Source: Candidatus Latescibacterota bacterium
Lineage (GTDB): Bacteria > Latescibacterota > UBA2968 > UBA8231
NCBI GenBank assembly: GCA_965242865.1
Contig: CBDETK010000013.1
Span: 1 to 64,000, forward strand
Reading direction: 5' to 3'
DNA: 64,000 nucleotides
The notes under the pieces are model-generated. The model did not search any database, was not told where the DNA came from, and was given only the letters and a program-made list of their open reading frames with translations. The stretch's first letter is position 1; each line of letters opens with the position of its first letter. Shown one piece after another: positions 63,394 to 64,000 of this stretch. The position numbers and the translations under genes are program-made.

Positions 63394-63615
63394 TCAATAC
63401 AACAATCCTTTTTTTGTTGCAACCACAAGAATTACAAGGATTGCGATTAAACAAATGGCAACGATTATGCCAATGGGAATCCACAGGGGACTAGTAACCC
63501 ACAACCAAGACCAATTGACGCGATTCGTCAGCTTGAGGTAGATGAACAGAGCAGCCAAGAGGAGTGCGGGGGATATGTAGAAATCATAGTACTCATAATA
63601 ATCATAGTAATCCAT
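63394..63615 (-). CDS. Small membrane protein with LKL..V.WSWLWV.SPLW motif (Tmemb_185A / Fragile-X-F-like); start re-called to 63615
   Basis: LFIYLKLTNRVNWSWLWVTSPLWIP between two TM helices; Tyr/Asp-rich N-terminus; AT-rich. Confidence 0.7.
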   Translation of the reverse strand: MDYYDYYEYYDFYISPALLLAALFIYLKLTNRVNWSWLWVTSPLWIPIGIIVAICLIAILVILVVATKKGLLY

Positions 63616-63905
63616 GTCCACGGTCCTGTAAGTGGGGTTTGGGTGGGCAGCGGCCCCGCTCACTCAGAGCAGGACTGCCTGGAGGACTTCTTCTCGGCGA
63701 TCCAATCGCTCTTGCCATGAGCCATTGTCGAGCATCGTCTTGATGTTCATGGCCGCCCACCAAATCCAAGTCCAATGCACGTTGTGGAACCAGTCTGCCG
63801 AGTATTCTTGGCTGATTAGTTGGCGTCGAAGACCGGGACGCGGGCGCGGAAGTCGAAAGGTTTGCTTCGCCTATACACAATGAAGGCCCCCGACGCAGCC
63901 CCGGG

Positions 63906-63998
63906 CTAGGCGATGTTTTCGCGCTTTTTGACGATGGCTTTGTATTCGTAGTACGGGGCCAATTCGAGCAGGTCAATCGTCTCCGGGTCGAGCCGTTG
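63906..63998 (-). CDS. 3' end of an unidentified gene running off the window
   Basis: Reads QRLDPETIDLLELAPYYEYKAIVKKRENIA* with mostly G/C-ending codons like other genes here. Confidence 0.55.
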   Translation of the reverse strand, partial: QRLDPETIDLLELAPYYEYKAIVKKRENIA

Positions 63999-64000
63999 GC

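Noticed and set aside
63816-63878. Minus-strand 20-codon frame VYRRSKPFDFRARVPVFDAN resembling an amidohydrolase N-terminus (possible gene remnant)
   Set aside because: Too short to support without a database search.

Overview
Bacterial genomic window with no rRNA, tRNA, CRISPR array, integrase or transposase that I can see. The gene repertoire suggests a Latescibacterota/Poribacteria-like FCB-group organism, possibly a sponge symbiont (inference): FlgD-Ig-tailed secreted proteins, 'S-[TS]-W-x-x-IK'-tailed proteins, a DUF6785-like membrane protein and an LRR+YWTD lipoprotein. (1) 1-12.66 kb is a visibly more AT-rich island built from a tandemly repeated cassette: [ECF-like promoter]-[secreted ~300-aa unknown protein]-[small Sec-signal, Cys-rich peptide + hairpin]-[two ABC-2-type permeases]. 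The first copy also carries a DUF1573-type protein, a GT-B glycosyltransferase fused to a transglutaminase-like domain, and a GT2. This is my best candidate for an undescribed peptide (RiPP-like or peptide/immunity) system. (2) 12.7-49.7 kb holds three modules in which secreted proteins ending in a TPNGDGxND/FlgD-Ig domain with an invariant C-terminal VAY (six paralogs) lie upstream of a ~880-900-aa acidic-loop, probable beta-barrel protein (three paralogs). This resembles T9SS type-B cargo/PorP-SprF pairing but uses a different partner. Interspersed are a vapBC module inside a 216-bp direct repeat, GTAG-type REP elements (one in frame in a signal-peptide region), a peptide-binding lipoprotein, a parvulin PPIase and an LRR-YWTD lipoprotein. 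(3) 49.7-62.0 kb is a tandem array of six mosaic GT-C (ArnT/PMT-like) membrane glycosyltransferases. Family names come from motif recognition only; no database searches were run.
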